Shown: piece after piece, positions 1-18,120 of the stretch
Layout of the letters: every line of letters starts with the position of its first letter
How positions within the stretch are numbered: position 1 is the stretch's first letter
Assembly: GCA_964016885.1 (NCBI GenBank)
Contig: OZ024741.1
Span: forward strand, 90,086,001-90,150,000
Reading direction: 5' to 3'
DNA length: 64,000 nt
Source of the DNA: Eledone cirrhosa
Taxonomy: Eukaryota
The notes under the pieces: generated by a model
Seen by the model: the letters and a program-made list of their open reading frames with translations, nothing else
What the model was told of the DNA's origin: nothing
The model's database searches: none
Position numbers and translations under genes: made by a program

Positions 1-3000
1 ACATTGGAATACATACATTGGAATGTATACATTGGAATACATACATTGGAATGTATACATTGGAATGCATACATTGGAATACATACATTGGAATGTATAC
101 ATTGGATGTATACATTGGAATGTATACATTGGAATACATACGTTGGAATGTGTACATTGGAATACATACATTGGAATGTATACATTGAATGTATACATTG
201 GAATACATACATTGGAATACATACATTGGAATGCATACATTGGAATGTATACATTGGAATACATACATTGGAATGTGTACATTGGAATGTATACATTGGA
301 ATGTATACATTGGAATGTATACATTGGAATGTATACATTGGAATACATACATTGGAATGCATACATTGGAATACATACATTGGAATGTGTACATTGGAAT
401 GTATACATTGGAATGCATACATTGGAATGTATACATTGTAATGTATACATTGTAATGTATACATTGGAATGTATACATTGGAATGTATACATTGGAATAC
501 ATACATTGGAATGCATACATTGGAATACATACATTGGAATGTGTACATTGGAATACATACATTGGAATGTATACATTGGAATGTATACATTGGAATACAT
601 ACATTGGAATGCATACATTGGAATACATACATTGGAATATATACATTGGAATACATACATTGGAATACATACATTGGAATGTATACATTGGAATGTATAC
701 ATAGGAATGTATACATTGGAATACATACATTGGAATATATACATTGGAATACATACATTGGAATGTATACATTGGAATGTATACATTGGAATACATACAT
801 TGGAATGTATACATTGTAATGTATACATTGTAATGTATACATTGGAATGTATACATTGGAATGTATACATTGGAATACATACATTGGAATGCATACATTA
901 GAATGTATATATTAGAATATATACATTGGAATACATACATTGGATGTATACATTGGAATGCATACATTGGAATGTATACATTGGAATACATACATTGGAA
1001 TACATACATTGGATGTATACATTGGAATACATACATTGGAATACATACATTGGAATACATACATTGGATGTATACATTGGAATACATACATTGGAATACA
1101 TACATTGGAATGTATACATTGGATGTATACATTGGAATGTATACATTGGAATGCATACATTGGATGTATACATTGGAATGTATACATTGGAATGCATACA
1201 TTGGAATGTATACATTGGAATGTATACATTGGAATACATACATTGGAATACATACATTGGATGTATACATTGGAATACATACATTGGAATACATACATTG
1301 GAATGTATACATTGGAATGTATACATTGGAATACATACATTGGAATGTATACATTGGAATGTATACATTGGAATACATACATTGGAATGTATACATTGTA
1401 ATGTATACATTGTAATGTATACATTGGAATGTATACATTGGAATGTATACATTGGAATGTATACATTGGAATACATACATTGGAATACATACATTGGAAT
1501 GTATACATTGGAATGTATACATTGGAATACATACATTGGAATGTATACATTGGAATACATACATTGGATGTATACATTGGAATACATACATTGGAATGTA
1601 TATATTGGAATACATACATTGGAATGTATACATTGGAATGTATACATTGGAATACATACATTGGAATACATACATTGGATGTATACATTGGAATACATAC
1701 ATTGGATGTATACATTGGAATGTATACATTGGAATACATACATTGGAATACATACATTGGATGTATACATTGGAATGCATACATTGGAATACATACATTG
1801 GATGTATACATTGGAATGCATACATTCGAATGTATACATTGGAATGTATACATTGGAATGCATACATTGGAATACATACATTGGAATGTATACATTGGAA
1901 TACATACATTGGATGTATACATTGGAATGTATACATTGTAATGTATACATTGTAATGTATACATTGGAATGTATACATTGGAATGTATACATTGGAATAC
2001 ATACATTGGAATACATACATTGGATGTATACATTGGAATACATACATTGGAATGCATACATTGGAATACATACATTGGAATACATACATTGGAATGTATA
2101 CATTGGAATGTATACATTGGAATGCATACATTGGAATACATACATTGGATGTATACATTGGAATACATACATTGGAATGCATACATTGGAATACATACAT
2201 TGGAATACATACATTGGAATGTATACATTGGAATGTATACATTGGAATGCATACATTGGAATACATACATTGGAATGTATACATTGGAATGTATACATTG
2301 GAATGCATACATTGGAATACATACATTGGAATGTATACATTGGAATGTATACATTAGAATGCATACATTGGAATACATACATTGGAATACATACATTGGA
2401 ATGTATACATTGGAATACATACATTGGAATGTATACATTGTAATGTATACATTGTAATGTATACATTGGAATGTATACATTGGAATACATACATTGGATG
2501 TATACATTGGAATGCATACATTGGAATACATACATTGGAATGTATACATTGGAATACATACATTGGAATACATACATTGGAATGTATACATTGGAATACA
2601 TACATTGGAATACATACATTGGAATGTATACATTGGAATACATACATTGGAATGTATACATTGGAATGTATACATTGGAATGTATACATTGGAATACATA
2701 CATTGGAATACATACATTGGATGTATACATTGGAATGCATACATTGGAATACATACATTGGAATGTATACATTGGAATACATACATTGGAATGTATACAT
2801 TGGAATACATACATTGGATGTATACATTGGAATGCATACATTGGAATACATACATTGGATGTATACATTGGAATGCATACATTGGAATACATACATTGGA
2901 ATATATACATTGGAATGTATACATTGGAATGTATACATTGGAATGTATACATTGGAATGTATACATTAGAATACATACATTGGAATGTATACATTGGAAT

Positions 3001-6000
3001 ACATACATTGAATGTATACATTGGAATGTATACATTGGAATGTATACATTGGAATGTATACATTAGAATGCATACATTGGATGTATACATTGGAATACAT
3101 ACATTGGAATGTATACATTGGAATACATACATTGGAATGTATACATTGTAATGTATACATTGGAATGCATACATTGGATTACATACATTGGAATGCATAC
3201 ATTGGAATACATACATTGGAATGTATACATTGGAATGTATACATTGGAATGCATACATTGGAATGTATACATTGTAATGTATACATTGTAATGTATACAT
3301 TGGAATGTATACATTGGAATGTATACATTGGAATACATACATTGGAATACATACATTGGAATACATACATTGGAATGTATACATTGGAATGTATACATTG
3401 GAATACATACATTGGAATGTATACATTGTAATGTATACATTGTAATGTATACATTGGAATGTATACATTGGAATGTATACATTGGAATACATACATTGGA
3501 ATACATACATTGGATGTATACATTGGAATACATACATTGGATGTATACATTGGAATGCATACATTGGAATGTATACATTGGAATGTATACATTGGAATGC
3601 ATACATTGGAATACATACATTGGATGTATACATTGGAATGCATACATTGGAATACATACATTGGAATATATACATTGGAATGTATACATTGGAATGTATA
3701 CATTGGAATGTATACATTGGAATGTATACATTAGAATACATACATTGGAATGTATACATTGGAATACATACATTGAATGTATACATTGGAATGTATACAT
3801 TGGAATGTATACATTGGAATGTATACATTAGAATGCATACATTGGATGTATACATTGGAATACATACATTGGAATGTATACATTGGAATACATACATTGG
3901 AATGTATACATTGTAATGTATACATTGGAATGCATACATTGGATTACATACATTGGAATGCATACATTGGAATACATACATTGGAATGTATACATTGGAA
4001 TGTATACATTGGAATGCATACATTGGAATGTATACATTGTAATGTATACATTGTAATGTATACATTGGAATGTATACATTGGAATGTATACATTGGAATA
4101 CATACATTGGAATACATACATTGGAATACATACATTGGAATGTATACATTGGAATGTATACATTGGAATACATACATTGGAATGTATACATTGTAATGTA
4201 TACATTGTAATGTATACATTGGAATGTATACATTGGAATGTATACATTGGAATGTATACATTGGAATACATACATTGGAATATATACATTGGAATACATA
4301 CATTGGAATGTATACATTGGAATGTATACATTGGAATACATACATTGGAATGTATACATTGTAATGTATACATTGTAATGTATACATTGGAATGTATACA
4401 TTGGAATGTATACATTGGAATGTATACATTGGAATACATACATTGGAATACATACATTGGAATGTATACATTGGAATGTATACATTGGAATACATACATT
4501 GGAATGTATACATTGGAATGTATACATTGGAATGTATACATTGGAATACATACATTGGAATACATACATTGGAATGTATACATTGGAATGCATACATTGG
4601 AATACATACATTGGATGTATACATTGGAATGCATACATTGGAATACATACATTGGATGTATACATTGGAATACATACATTGGATGTATACATTGGAATGT
4701 ATACATTGGAATGTATACATTGGAATGTATACATTGGAATACATACATTGGATGTATACATTGGAATGTATACATTGGAATGTATACATTGGAATGTATA
4801 CATTGGAATGTATACATTGGAATACATACATTGGATGTATACATTGGAATGCATACATTGGAATGTATACATTGGAATGCATACATTGGAATACATACAT
4901 TGGATGTATACATTGGAATACATACATTGGATGTATACATTGGAATGTATACATTGGAATGTATACATTGGAATGTATACATTGGAATGTATACATTGGA
5001 ATACATACATTGGATGTATACATTGGAATGTATACATTGGAATGTATACATTGGAATGTATACATTGGAATACATACATTGGAATACATACATTGGAATA
5101 CATACATTGGAATGTATACATTGGAATGTATACATTGGAATGTATACATTGGAATGTATACATTGGAATACATACATTGGAATGTATACATTGGAATACA
5201 TACATTGGAATGTATACATTGGAATAAATACATTGGAATGTATACATTGGAATGTATACATTGGAATACATACATTGGAATGTATACATTGGAATGTATA
5301 CATTGGAATACATACATTGGAATACATACATTGGAATGTATACATTGGAATACATACATTGGAATGTATACATTGGAATGTATACATTGGAATACATACA
5401 TTGGAATACATACATTGGATGTATACATTGGAATACATACATTGGATGTATACATTGGAATGCATACATTGGAATACATACATTGGAATGTATACATTGG
5501 AATACATACATTGGAATGCATACATTGGAATACATACATTGGATGTATACATTGGAATGTATACATTGGAATACATACATTGGATGTATACATTGGAATG
5601 CATACATTGGAATGTATACATTGGAATGTATACATTGGAATACATACATTGGATGTATACATTGGAATGCATACATTGGAATACATACATTGGAATGTAT
5701 ACATTGGAATACATACATTGGAATGTATACATTGGAATACATACATTGGATGTATACATTGGAATGCATACATTGGAATACATACATTGGATGTATACAT
5801 TGGAATGCATACATTGGAATGTATACATTGGAATGTATACATTGGAATACATACATTGGAATGTATACATTGGAATACATACATTGGAATACATACATTG
5901 GAATGTATACATTGGAATGTATACATTGGAATACATACATTGGAATACATACATTGGAATGTATACATTGGAATGTATACATTGGAATACATACATTGGA

Positions 6001-9000
6001 ATGTATACATTGGAATGTATACATTGGAATGTATACATTGGAATACATACATTGGAATGTATACATTGGAATGTATACATTAGAATGCATACATTGGAAT
6101 GTATACATTGGAATGTATACATTAGAATGCATACATTGGATCTATACATTGGAATACATACATTGGAATGTATACATTGGAATACATACATTGGAATGTA
6201 TACATAGGAATGTATACATTGGAATGTATACATTGGAATGTATACATTGGAATGCATACATTGGAATACATACATTGGAATGTATACATTGGAATACATA
6301 CATTGGAATGTATACATTGGAATGTATACATTGGAATGTATACATTGGAATACATACATTGGAATATATACATTGGAATACATACATTGGAATGTATACA
6401 TTGGAATGTATACATTGGAATGCATACATTGGAATGTATACATTGTAATGTATACATTGTAATGTATACATTGGAATGTATACATTGGAATACATACATT
6501 GGAATATATACATTGGAATACATACATTGGAATGTATACATTGGAATGTATACATTGGAATACATACATTGGAATGTATACATTGTAATGTATACATTGT
6601 AATGTATACATTGGAATGTATACATTGGAATGTATACATTGGAATACATACATTGGAATACATACATTGGATGTATACATTGGAATACATACATTGGAAT
6701 ACATACATTGGATGTATACATTGGAATACATACATTGGAATACATACATTGGATGTATACATTGGAATGTATACATTGGAATGTATACATTGGAATACAT
6801 ACATTGGAATGTATACATTGGAATGTATACATTGGAATGCATACATTGGAATACATACATTGGAATACATACATTGGAATGTATACATTGGAATGTATAC
6901 ATTGGAATACATACATTGGATGTATACATTGGAATACATACATTGGATGTATACATTGGAATACATACATTGGAATACATACATTGGATGTATACATTCG
7001 AATGTATACATTGGAATGTATACATTGGAATACATACATTGGATGTATACATTGGAATACATACATTGTAATGTATACATTGGAATACATACATTGGAAT
7101 GCATACATTGGAATACATACATTGGAATGTATACATTGGAATACATACATTGGAATGTATACATTGGAATGTATACATTGGAATGCATACATTGGAATGT
7201 ATACATTGGAATACATACATTGTAATGTATACATTGGAATACATACATTGGAATGCATACATTGGAATACATACATTGGAATGTATACATTGGAATACAT
7301 ACATTGGAATGTATACATTGGAATGTATACATTGGAATGCATACATTGGAATACATACATTGGAATGTATACATTGGAATACATACATTGGAATACATAC
7401 ATTGGAATGTATACATTGTAATGTATACATTGGAATACATACATTGGAATACATACATTGGAATGTATACATTGGAATACATACATTGGAATGCATACAT
7501 TGGATGTATACATTAGAATGCATACATTGGATGTATACATTGGAATACATACATTGGAATGTATACATTGGAATACATACATTGGAATGTATACATTGGA
7601 ATGCATACATTGGATGTATACATTGGAATACATACATTGGAATACATACATTGGAATGTATACATTGGAATGTATACATTGGAATGTATACATTGGAATG
7701 CATACATTGGAATACATACATTGGAATACATACATTGGAATGTATACATTGGAATACATACATTGGAATGCATACATTGGATGTATACATTAGAATGCAT
7801 ACATTGGATGTATACATTGGAATACATACATTGGAATGTATACATTGGAATACATACATTGGAATGTATACATTGGAATGCATACATTGGATGTATACAT
7901 TGGAATACATACATTGGAATACATACATTGGAATGTATACATTGGAATGTATACATTGGAATGTATACATTGGAATGCATACATTGGAATACATACATTG
8001 GAATACATACATTGGAATGTATACATTGGAATACATACATTGGAATGCATATATTGGATGTATACATTAGAATGCATACATTGGATGTATACATTGGAAT
8101 ACATACATTGGAATGTATACATTGGAATACATACATTGGAATGTATACATTGGAATGCATACATTGGAATACATACATTGGAATGTATACATTGGATGTA
8201 TACATTGGAATGTATACATTGGAATACATACGTTGGAATGTGTACATTGGAATACATACATTGGAATGTATACATTGAATGTATACATTGGAATACATAC
8301 ATTGGAATACATACATTGGAATGCATACATTGGAATGTATACATTGGAATACATACATTGGAATGTGTACATTGGAATGTATACATTGGAATGTATACAT
8401 TGGAATGTATACATTGGAATGTATACATTGGAATACATACATTGGAATGCATACATTGGAATACATACATTGGAATGTGTACATTGGAATGTATACATTG
8501 GAATGCATACATTGGAATGTATACATTGTAATGTATACATTGTAATGTATACATTGGAATGTATACATTGGAATGTATACATTGGAATACATACATTGGA
8601 ATGCATACATTGGAATACATACATTGGAATGTGTACATTGGAATGTATACATTGTAATGTATACATTGGAATGTATACATTGGAATATATACATTGGAAT
8701 ACATACATTGGAATGTATACATTGGAATGTATACATTGGAATACATACATTGGAATGCATACATTGGAATACATACATTGGAATATATACATTGGAATAC
8801 ATACATTGGAATACATACATTGGAATGTATACATTGGAATGTATACATAGGAATGTATACATTGGAATACATACATTGGAATATATACATTGGAATACAT
8901 ACATTGGAATGTATACATTGGAATGTATACATTGGAATACATACATTGGAATGTATACATTGTAATGTATACATTGTAATGTATACATTGGAATGTATAC

Positions 9001-12000
9001 ATTGGAATGTATACATTGGAATACATACATTGGAATGCATACATTAGAATGTATATATTAGAATATATACATTGGAATACATACATTGGATGTATACATT
9101 GGAATGCATACATTGGAATGTATACATTGGAATACATACATTGGAATACATACATTGGATGTATACATTGGAATACATACATTGGAATACATACATTGGA
9201 ATACATACATTGGATGTATACATTGGAATACATACATTGGAATACATACATTGGAATGTATACATTGGATGTATACATTGGAATGTATACATTGGAATGC
9301 ATACATTGGATGTATACATTGGAATGTATACATTGGAATGCATACATTGGAATGTATACATTGGAATGTATACATTGGAATACATACATTGGAATACATA
9401 CATTGGATGTATACATTGGAATACATACATTGGAATACATACATTGGAATGTATACATTGGAATGTATACATTGGAATACATACATTGGAATGTATACAT
9501 TGGAATGTATACATTGGAATACATACATTGGAATGTATACATTGTAATGTATACATTGTAATGTATACATTGGAATGTATACATTGGAATGTATACATTG
9601 GAATGTATACATTGGAATACATACATTGGAATACATACATTGGAATGTATACATTGGAATGTATACATTGGAATACATACATTGGAATGTATACATTGGA
9701 ATACATACATTGGATGTATACATTGGAATACATACATTGGAATGTATATATTGGAATACATACATTGGAATGTATACATTGGAATGTATACATTGGAATA
9801 CATACATTGGAATACATACATTGGATGTATACATTGGAATACATACATTGGATGTATACATTGGAATGTATACATTGGAATACATACATTGGAATACATA
9901 CATTGGATGTATACATTGGAATGCATACATTGGAATACATACATTGGATGTATACATTGGAATGCATACATTCGAATGTATACATTGGAATGTATACATT
10001 GGAATGCATACATTGGAATACATACATTGGAATGTATACATTGGAATACATACATTGGATGTATACATTGGAATGTATACATTGTAATGTATACATTGTA
10101 ATGTATACATTGGAATGTATACATTGGAATGTATACATTGGAATACATACATTGGAATACATACATTGGATGTATACATTGGAATACATACATTGGAATG
10201 CATACATTGGAATACATACATTGGAATACATACATTGGAATGTATACATTGGAATGTATACATTGGAATGCATACATTGGAATACATACATTGGATGTAT
10301 ACATTGGAATACATACATTGGAATGCATACATTGGAATACATACATTGGAATACATACATTGGAATGTATACATTGGAATGTATACATTGGAATGCATAC
10401 ATTGGAATACATACATTGGAATGTATACATTGGAATGTATACATTGGAATGCATACATTGGAATACATACATTGGAATGTATACATTGGAATGTATACAT
10501 TAGAATGCATACATTGGATGTATACATTGGAATACATACATTGGAATGTATACATTGGAATGTATACATTGGAATGTATACATTGGAATGCATACATTGG
10601 TACATTGTAATGTATACATTGTAATGTATGCATTGGAATGTATACATTGGAATACATACATTGGAATATATACATTGGAATACATACATTGGAATGTATA
10701 CATTGGAATACATACATTGGAATACATACATTGGAATGTATACATTGGAATACATACATTGGATGTATACATTGGAATGTATACATTGTAATGTATACAT
10801 TGTAATGTATACATTGGAATGTATACATTGGAATGTATACATTGGAATACATACATTGGAATACATACATTGGATGTATACATTGGAATGCATACATTGG
10901 AATACATACATTGGAATGTATACATTGGAATACATACATTGGAATGTATACATTGGAATACATACATTGGATGTATACATTGGAATGCATACATTGGAAT
11001 ACATACATTGGAATGTATACATTGGAATACATACATTGGATGTATACATTGGAATGCATACATTGGAATGTATACATTGGAATACATACATTGGAATGTA
11101 TACATTGGAATACATACATTGGAATACATACATTGGAATGTATACATTGGAATGCATACATTGGAATGTATACATTGGAATGTATACATTGGAATACATA
11201 CATTGGATGTATACATTGGAATACATACATTGGATGTATACATTGGAATGCATACATTGGAATACATACATTGGAATGTATACATTGGAATACATACATT
11301 GGAATGTATACATTGGAATACATACATTGGATGTATACATTGGAATGCATACATTGGAATGTATACATTGGAATACATACATTGGATGTATACATTGGAA
11401 TGCATACATTGGAATACATACATTGGAATGTATACATTGGAATACATACATTGGAATGTATACATTGGAATGTATACATTGGAATACATACATTGGAATG
11501 TATACATTGGAATGTATACATTAGAATGCATACATTGGATGTATACATTGGAATACATACATTGGAATGTATACATTGGAATGTATACATTGGAATACAT
11601 ACATTGGAATGTATACATTGGAATACATACATTGGAATGTATACATTGGAATACATAAATTGGAATATATACATTCGAATACATACATTGGAATGTATAC
11701 ATTGGAATACATACATTGGAATACATACATTGGAATGTATACATTGGAATACATACATTGGAATGTATACATTGTAATGTATACATTGTAATGTATACAT
11801 TGGAATGTATACATTGGAATACATACATTGGATGTATACATTGGAATGCATACATTGGAATACATACATTGGAATGTATACATTGGAATACATACATTGG
11901 AATACATACATTGGAATGTATACATTGGAATACATACATTGGAATACATACATTGGAATGTATACATTGGAATACATACATTGGAATGTATACATTGTAA

Positions 12001-15000
12001 TGTATACATTGTAATGTATACATTGGAATGTATACATTGGAATGCATACATTGGAATACATACATTGGAATGTATACATTGTAATGTATACATTGTAATG
12101 TATACATTGGAATGCATACATTGTAATGTATACATTGTAATGTATACATTGGATGTATACATTGGAATGCATACATTGGAATACATACATTGGAATGTAT
12201 ACATTGGAATACATACATTGGAATACATACATTGGAATGTATACATTGGAATGTATACATTGGAATGCATACATTGGAATGTATACATTGTAATGCATAC
12301 ATTGGAATGTATACATTGGAATCCATACATTGGAATGTATACATTGGAATACATACATTGGAATGTATACATTGGAATACATACATTGGAATACATACAT
12401 TGGAATGTATACATTGGAATACATACATTGGATGTATACATTGGAATGTATACATTGGAATACATACATTGGAATACATACATTGGATGTATACATTGGA
12501 ATGTATACATTGTAATGTATACATTGTAATGTATACATTGGAATGTATACATTGGAATGTATACATTGGAATACATACATTGGAATACATACATTGGATG
12601 TATACATTGGAATACATACATTGGATGTATACATTGGAATGCATACATTGGAATACATACATTGGAATGTATACATTGGAATACATACATTGGAATACAT
12701 ACATTGGAATGTATACATTGGAATGTATACATTGTAATGTATACATTGGAATACATACATTGGAATGTATACATTGGAATGTATACATTGGAATACATAC
12801 ATTGGAATGTATACATTGGAATGTATACATTGGAATACATACATTGGAATGTATACATTGGAATACATACATTGGAATGTATACATTGGAATACATAAAT
12901 TGGAATATATACATTGGAATACATACATTGGAATACATACATTGGAATGTATACATTGGAATACATACATTGGAATACATACATTGGAATGTATACATTG
13001 GAATACATACATTGGAATGTATACATTGTAATGTATACATTGTAATGTATACATTGGAATGTATACATTGGAATGTATACATTGGAATACATACATTGGA
13101 ATGTATACATTGTAATGTATACATTGTAATGTATACATTGGAATGTATACATTGGAATGTATACATTGGAATACATACATTGGATGTATACATTGGAATG
13201 CATACATTGGAATGTATACATTGGAATGCATACATTGGAATGTATACATTGGAATGTATACATTGGAATGCATACATTGGAATGTATACATTGGAATACA
13301 TACATTGGAATACATACATTGGAATGTATACATTGGAATACATACATTGGAATACATACATTGGAATGTATACATTGGAATGTATACATTGGAATACATA
13401 CATTGGAATGTATACATTGGAATGTATACATTGGAATGTATACATTGGAATGTATACATTGGAATCCATACATTGGAATGTATACATTGGAATGTATACA
13501 TTGGAATGTATACATTGGAATGTATACATTGGAATACATACATTGGAATACATACATTGGAATGTATACATTGGAATGTATACATTGGAATGCATACATT
13601 GGAATGTATACATTGGAATACATACATTGGAATGTATACATTGGAATGTATACATTGGAATGTATACATTGGAATGTATACATTGGAATACATACATTGG
13701 AATGTATACATTGGAATGTATACATTGGAATGTATACATTGGAATGTATACATTGGAATCCATACATTGGAATGTATACATTGGAATGTATACATTGGAA
13801 TGCATACATTGGATTACATACATTGGAATGCATACATTGGAATACATACATTGGAATGTATACATTGGAATGCATACATTGGAATGTATACATTGTAATG
13901 TATACATTGGAATACATACATTGGAATGTATACATTGTAATGTATACATTGTAATGTATACATTGGAATGTATACATTGGAATGTATACATTGGAATGTA
14001 TACATTGGAATACATACATTGGAATACATACATTGGATGTATACATTGGAATGTATACATTGGAATACATACATTGGAATACATACATTGGAATGTATAC
14101 ATTGGAATACATACATTGGAATGTATACATTGGAATGTATACATTGGAATGTATACATTGGAATGCATACATTGGAATACATACATTGGAATACATACAT
14201 TGGAATGTGTACATTGGAATACATACATTGGAATGTATACATTGGAATACATACATTGGAATGCATACATTGGATGTATACATTGGAATACATACATTGG
14301 AATGCATACATTGGAATACATACATTGGAATGCATACATTGGAATACATACATTGGAATGTATACATTGGAATGTATACATTGGAATACATACATTGGAA
14401 TGTATACATTGGAATGTATACATTGGAATACATACATTGGAATGCATACATTGGAATACATACATTGGAATGTATACATTGGAATGTATACATTGGAATA
14501 CATACATTGGAATGTATACATTGGAATGTATACATTGGAATGTATACATTGGAATGTATACATTGGAATGCATACATTGGAATGTATACATTGGAATACA
14601 TACATTGGAATGCATACATTGGATGTATACATTGGAATACATACATTGGAATGCATACATTGGAATACATACATTGGAATGTATACATTGGAATGTATAC
14701 ATTGGAATACATACATTGGAATGTATACATTGGAATGTATACATTGGAATGTATACATTGGAATACATACATTGGAATGTATACATTGGAATGCATACAT
14801 TGGAATGTATACATTGTAATGTATACATTGTAATGTATACATTGGAATGTATACATTGGAATACATACATTGGAATATATACATTGGAATACATACATTG
14901 GAATACATACATTGGAATGTATACATTGGAATACATACATTGGAATGTATACATTGGAATGTATACATTGTAATGTATACATTGTAATGTATACATTGGA

Positions 15001-16318
15001 ATGTATACATTGGAATACATACATTGGAATATATACATTGGAATACATACATTGGAATGTATACATTGGAATGTATACATTGGAATACATACATTGGAAT
15101 GTATACATTGGAATGTATACATTGGAATGTATACATTGGAATACATACATTGGAATGTATACATTGGAATGTATACATTGGAATACATACATTGGAATGT
15201 ATACATTGTAATGTATACATTGTAATGTATACATTGGAATGTATACATTGGAATACATACATTGGAATATATACATTGGAATACATACATTGGAATACAT
15301 ACATTGGAATGTATACATTGGAATACATACATTGGAATGTATACATTGTAATGTATACATTGTAATGTATACATTGGAATGTATACATTGGAATGTATAC
15401 ATTGGAATGTATACATTGGAATACATACATTGGAATATATACATTGGAATACATACATTGGAATACATACATTGGAATGTATACATTGGAATACATACAT
15501 TGGAATGTATACATTGTAATGTATACATTGTAATGTATACATTGGAATGTATACATTGGAATGTATACATTGGAATACATACATTGGAATACATACATTG
15601 GATGTATACATTGGAATACATACATTGGATGTATACATTGGAATACATACATTGGAATGTATACATTGGAATGTATACATTGGAATGCATACATTGGAAT
15701 ACATACATTGGAATACATACATTGGAATGTATACATTGGAATACATACATTGGAATGTATACATTGGAATGTATACATTGGAATCCATACATTGGAATAC
15801 ATACATTGGAATGTATACATTGGAATGTATACATTGGAATGTATACATTGGAGTGTATACATTGGAATCCATACATTGGAATACATATATTGGAATGTAT
15901 ATATTGGAATGTATACATTGGAATGTATACATTGTAATGTATACATTGGAATACATACATTGGAATGTATACATTGGAATGTATACATTGGAATGTATAC
16001 ATTGGAATGTATACATTGGAATGTATACATTGGAATACATACATTGGAATGTATACATTGGAATGTATACATTGGAATGTATACATTGGAATGCATACAT
16101 TGGTACATTGTAATGTATACATTGTAATGTATGCATTGGAATGTATACATTGGAATGTATACATTGGAATACATACATTGGAATGTATACATTGGAATAC
16201 ATACATTGGAATGTATACATTGGAATACATACATTGGAATACATACATTGGAATACATACATTGGAATGTATACATTGGAATGCATACATTGGAATACAT
16301 ACATTGGAATGTATACAT
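1..16318. repeat. 14-bp tandem satellite array, consensus ACATTGGAATGTAT, with common ACAT/GCAT, TGTAA and 13-bp (GGATGT) variants; runs off the left window edge
   Basis: Continuous 14-mer periodicity visible throughout; ends at ...GTATACATAC|CCCGTTG. Confidence 0.99.
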
Positions 16319-16319
16319 A

Positions 16320-16608
16320 CCCCGTTGTGGAAGTTAGCTGCTCCCTTGACACCAATGTCGTAAAGAATACAGGAGAACGAGCATATCTATGGACAATGGA
16401 TAGTGTGTTTACAAATCCAGCACCGCACTTACCAATTATTATTGGAGTCCAGATCAAAGAATAAGTGAACATGAATTCTTTGAGAAAAAGGCTCAGCTCC
16501 CAATTTCGTAATCTACAAATAGTAACGATATCTGGACTTATAAAATCAAAAAGATAAGGGACGGTGGAAAAAATGACTTTTTCTTTAGAAGGTGGTCAAA
16601 ATACTTTC
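16320..16608 (-). mobile_element. Possible Tc1-like transposon left-end remnant abutting the satellite
   Basis: Minus strand begins GAAAGTATTTTGACCACC (Tc1 TIR-like); weak ELSLFLK...TLSIVHRY resemblance to a Tc1 transposase N-terminus. Confidence 0.25.
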
Positions 16609-17933
16609 ATACATGCATGCACACATACATACATAAATACATACATACATGCATACACATATACGCACACACATACATGGTGGCTGTAAACCCTGCTAAG
16701 AGTATTGCAATCGCTCGTCAGATTACAGAAAATGGTGCACCTTTAGGCTACAGCCAGCCACACGAACCTATAACAGATCCTGAACAAACAATGCTTGTGC
16801 TTTGAAGTTTTGTAAAGTACTATTTGGATGGCCGTTGACTCTCTTCAGTTCCTTCCCCCTTTGCTGGGTCTTGTATTTCATCCCGCAGGGTCTCCAAATG
16901 TCACCCTCCTTACCAAGCAAGCTTGGTGGGTTGTCGGTTTAGTCGCCGACGACCCGACTATGAGACAGGTTGTACTGGGTTACATGTTACCTGTAACATT
17001 TGAGAGAGACCTGACATAGACATACATACATACATACATACATACATACAGAGTCAAGGCGATCAGTCGCATATTTTGGCGCGGGAGACTATTTATTAAA
17101 TTTAAGATGAATACTATCTCCGACAGTAATGCCACAACTACAGTCATGTTGAATAACTGGTTATTCTTCTGAAGACACCTTTTATTCGAATTCGTAGAGA
17201 TATCCGACTAAATACATAGTTCATTTTACAAGGATTTGCTACAAACAGCATGGCTGAACACAACATCAACAATAAAATTAAGGAAGTATCGAAGAAAAAC
17301 AACGAGAAAGATAAACAAAGTTTATTCAGTTGTAGCTACAGAAGAAACCGAAATTATAAATCGCATTTCTCTTGGAGTTGCGAACTTAATGATGATTTAT
17401 TTAATTGTTATAAAATGGTAAAAAACAATACCTTCATTGGCTATATGAACAGAATGAAGCTACACTGGGAAGAAATGCACCCAGAGCTAACTTATTTCAC
17501 AGCGAAACAATTACGCCAACAAGCGACGTTTGTTGAGCGTAAACATAAGATAAATATTATTAATTGTAAGTCCCCCACAACAAACATGGGATCAACAACA
17601 CGTGCTAAAGGTCGCCATGCTACTAGACTTCCTAGCAGCCAGGTCGAACAATGCCTTGAAACAACTATGCCTGTAAGAAACTTGACACAACATGTACCAT
17701 CTAAGTCTACCTCGAATGCTGGGGAAAACACTATCGATAATAATAATAATCGAAGAAATAATAATAATAAGAAGAAATTTGACACCACGTGTACCATCCG
17801 AGTCTACCTCGACTGTTGTTGAAAATACTATCGATAATGATAATAATCAAAAGTATAAACAATTGAAAATTTCCCTCAACGAAATCTTCTGAACGTATTA
17901 AAACGACAATGTTTAAGAAAAAAACCAAATAAT

Positions 17934-18120
17934 TGTTTCTACTTTTAGCACAAGGCCAGCAATTACCCAGTACATTACTGGTACTTTATTTTATCGACCC
18001 CGTAAGGATGAAAGGCAAAGTTAACCTCGACGGGATTTGAACTCAGATCATAAAGGGACGTAACTCTATGCTTCAAAGCATGGCGTCCGACTCTCTACCG
18101 ATTCTGCCAATCCACCGCCT
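17934..18120 (-). mobile_element. tRNA-derived SINE inserted in the LINE with a 15-bp TSD
   Basis: Minus strand A box TGGCAGAATCGG and B box GAGTTCAAATCC; AAAAAACCAAATAAT duplicated at 17919-17933 and 18121-18135. Confidence 0.92.

Noticed and set aside
1-16318. CRISPR-like or information-encoding array
   Set aside because: No unique spacers and no cas genes; eukaryotic context; variant patterns track block duplications.
1-16472. Very long ORFs (up to 1990 aa) of MYTLECIHWNVYIG / MYTFQCIHSNVYIP repeats
   Set aside because: A stop-free 14-bp monomer opens all six frames with the same 14-aa repeat; no sign of coding.
17050-17140. HDV-like ribozyme at the LINE 5' end
   Set aside because: Candidate P1 and P2 pairings exist but there is no room for P3/L3; cannot be supported by eye.
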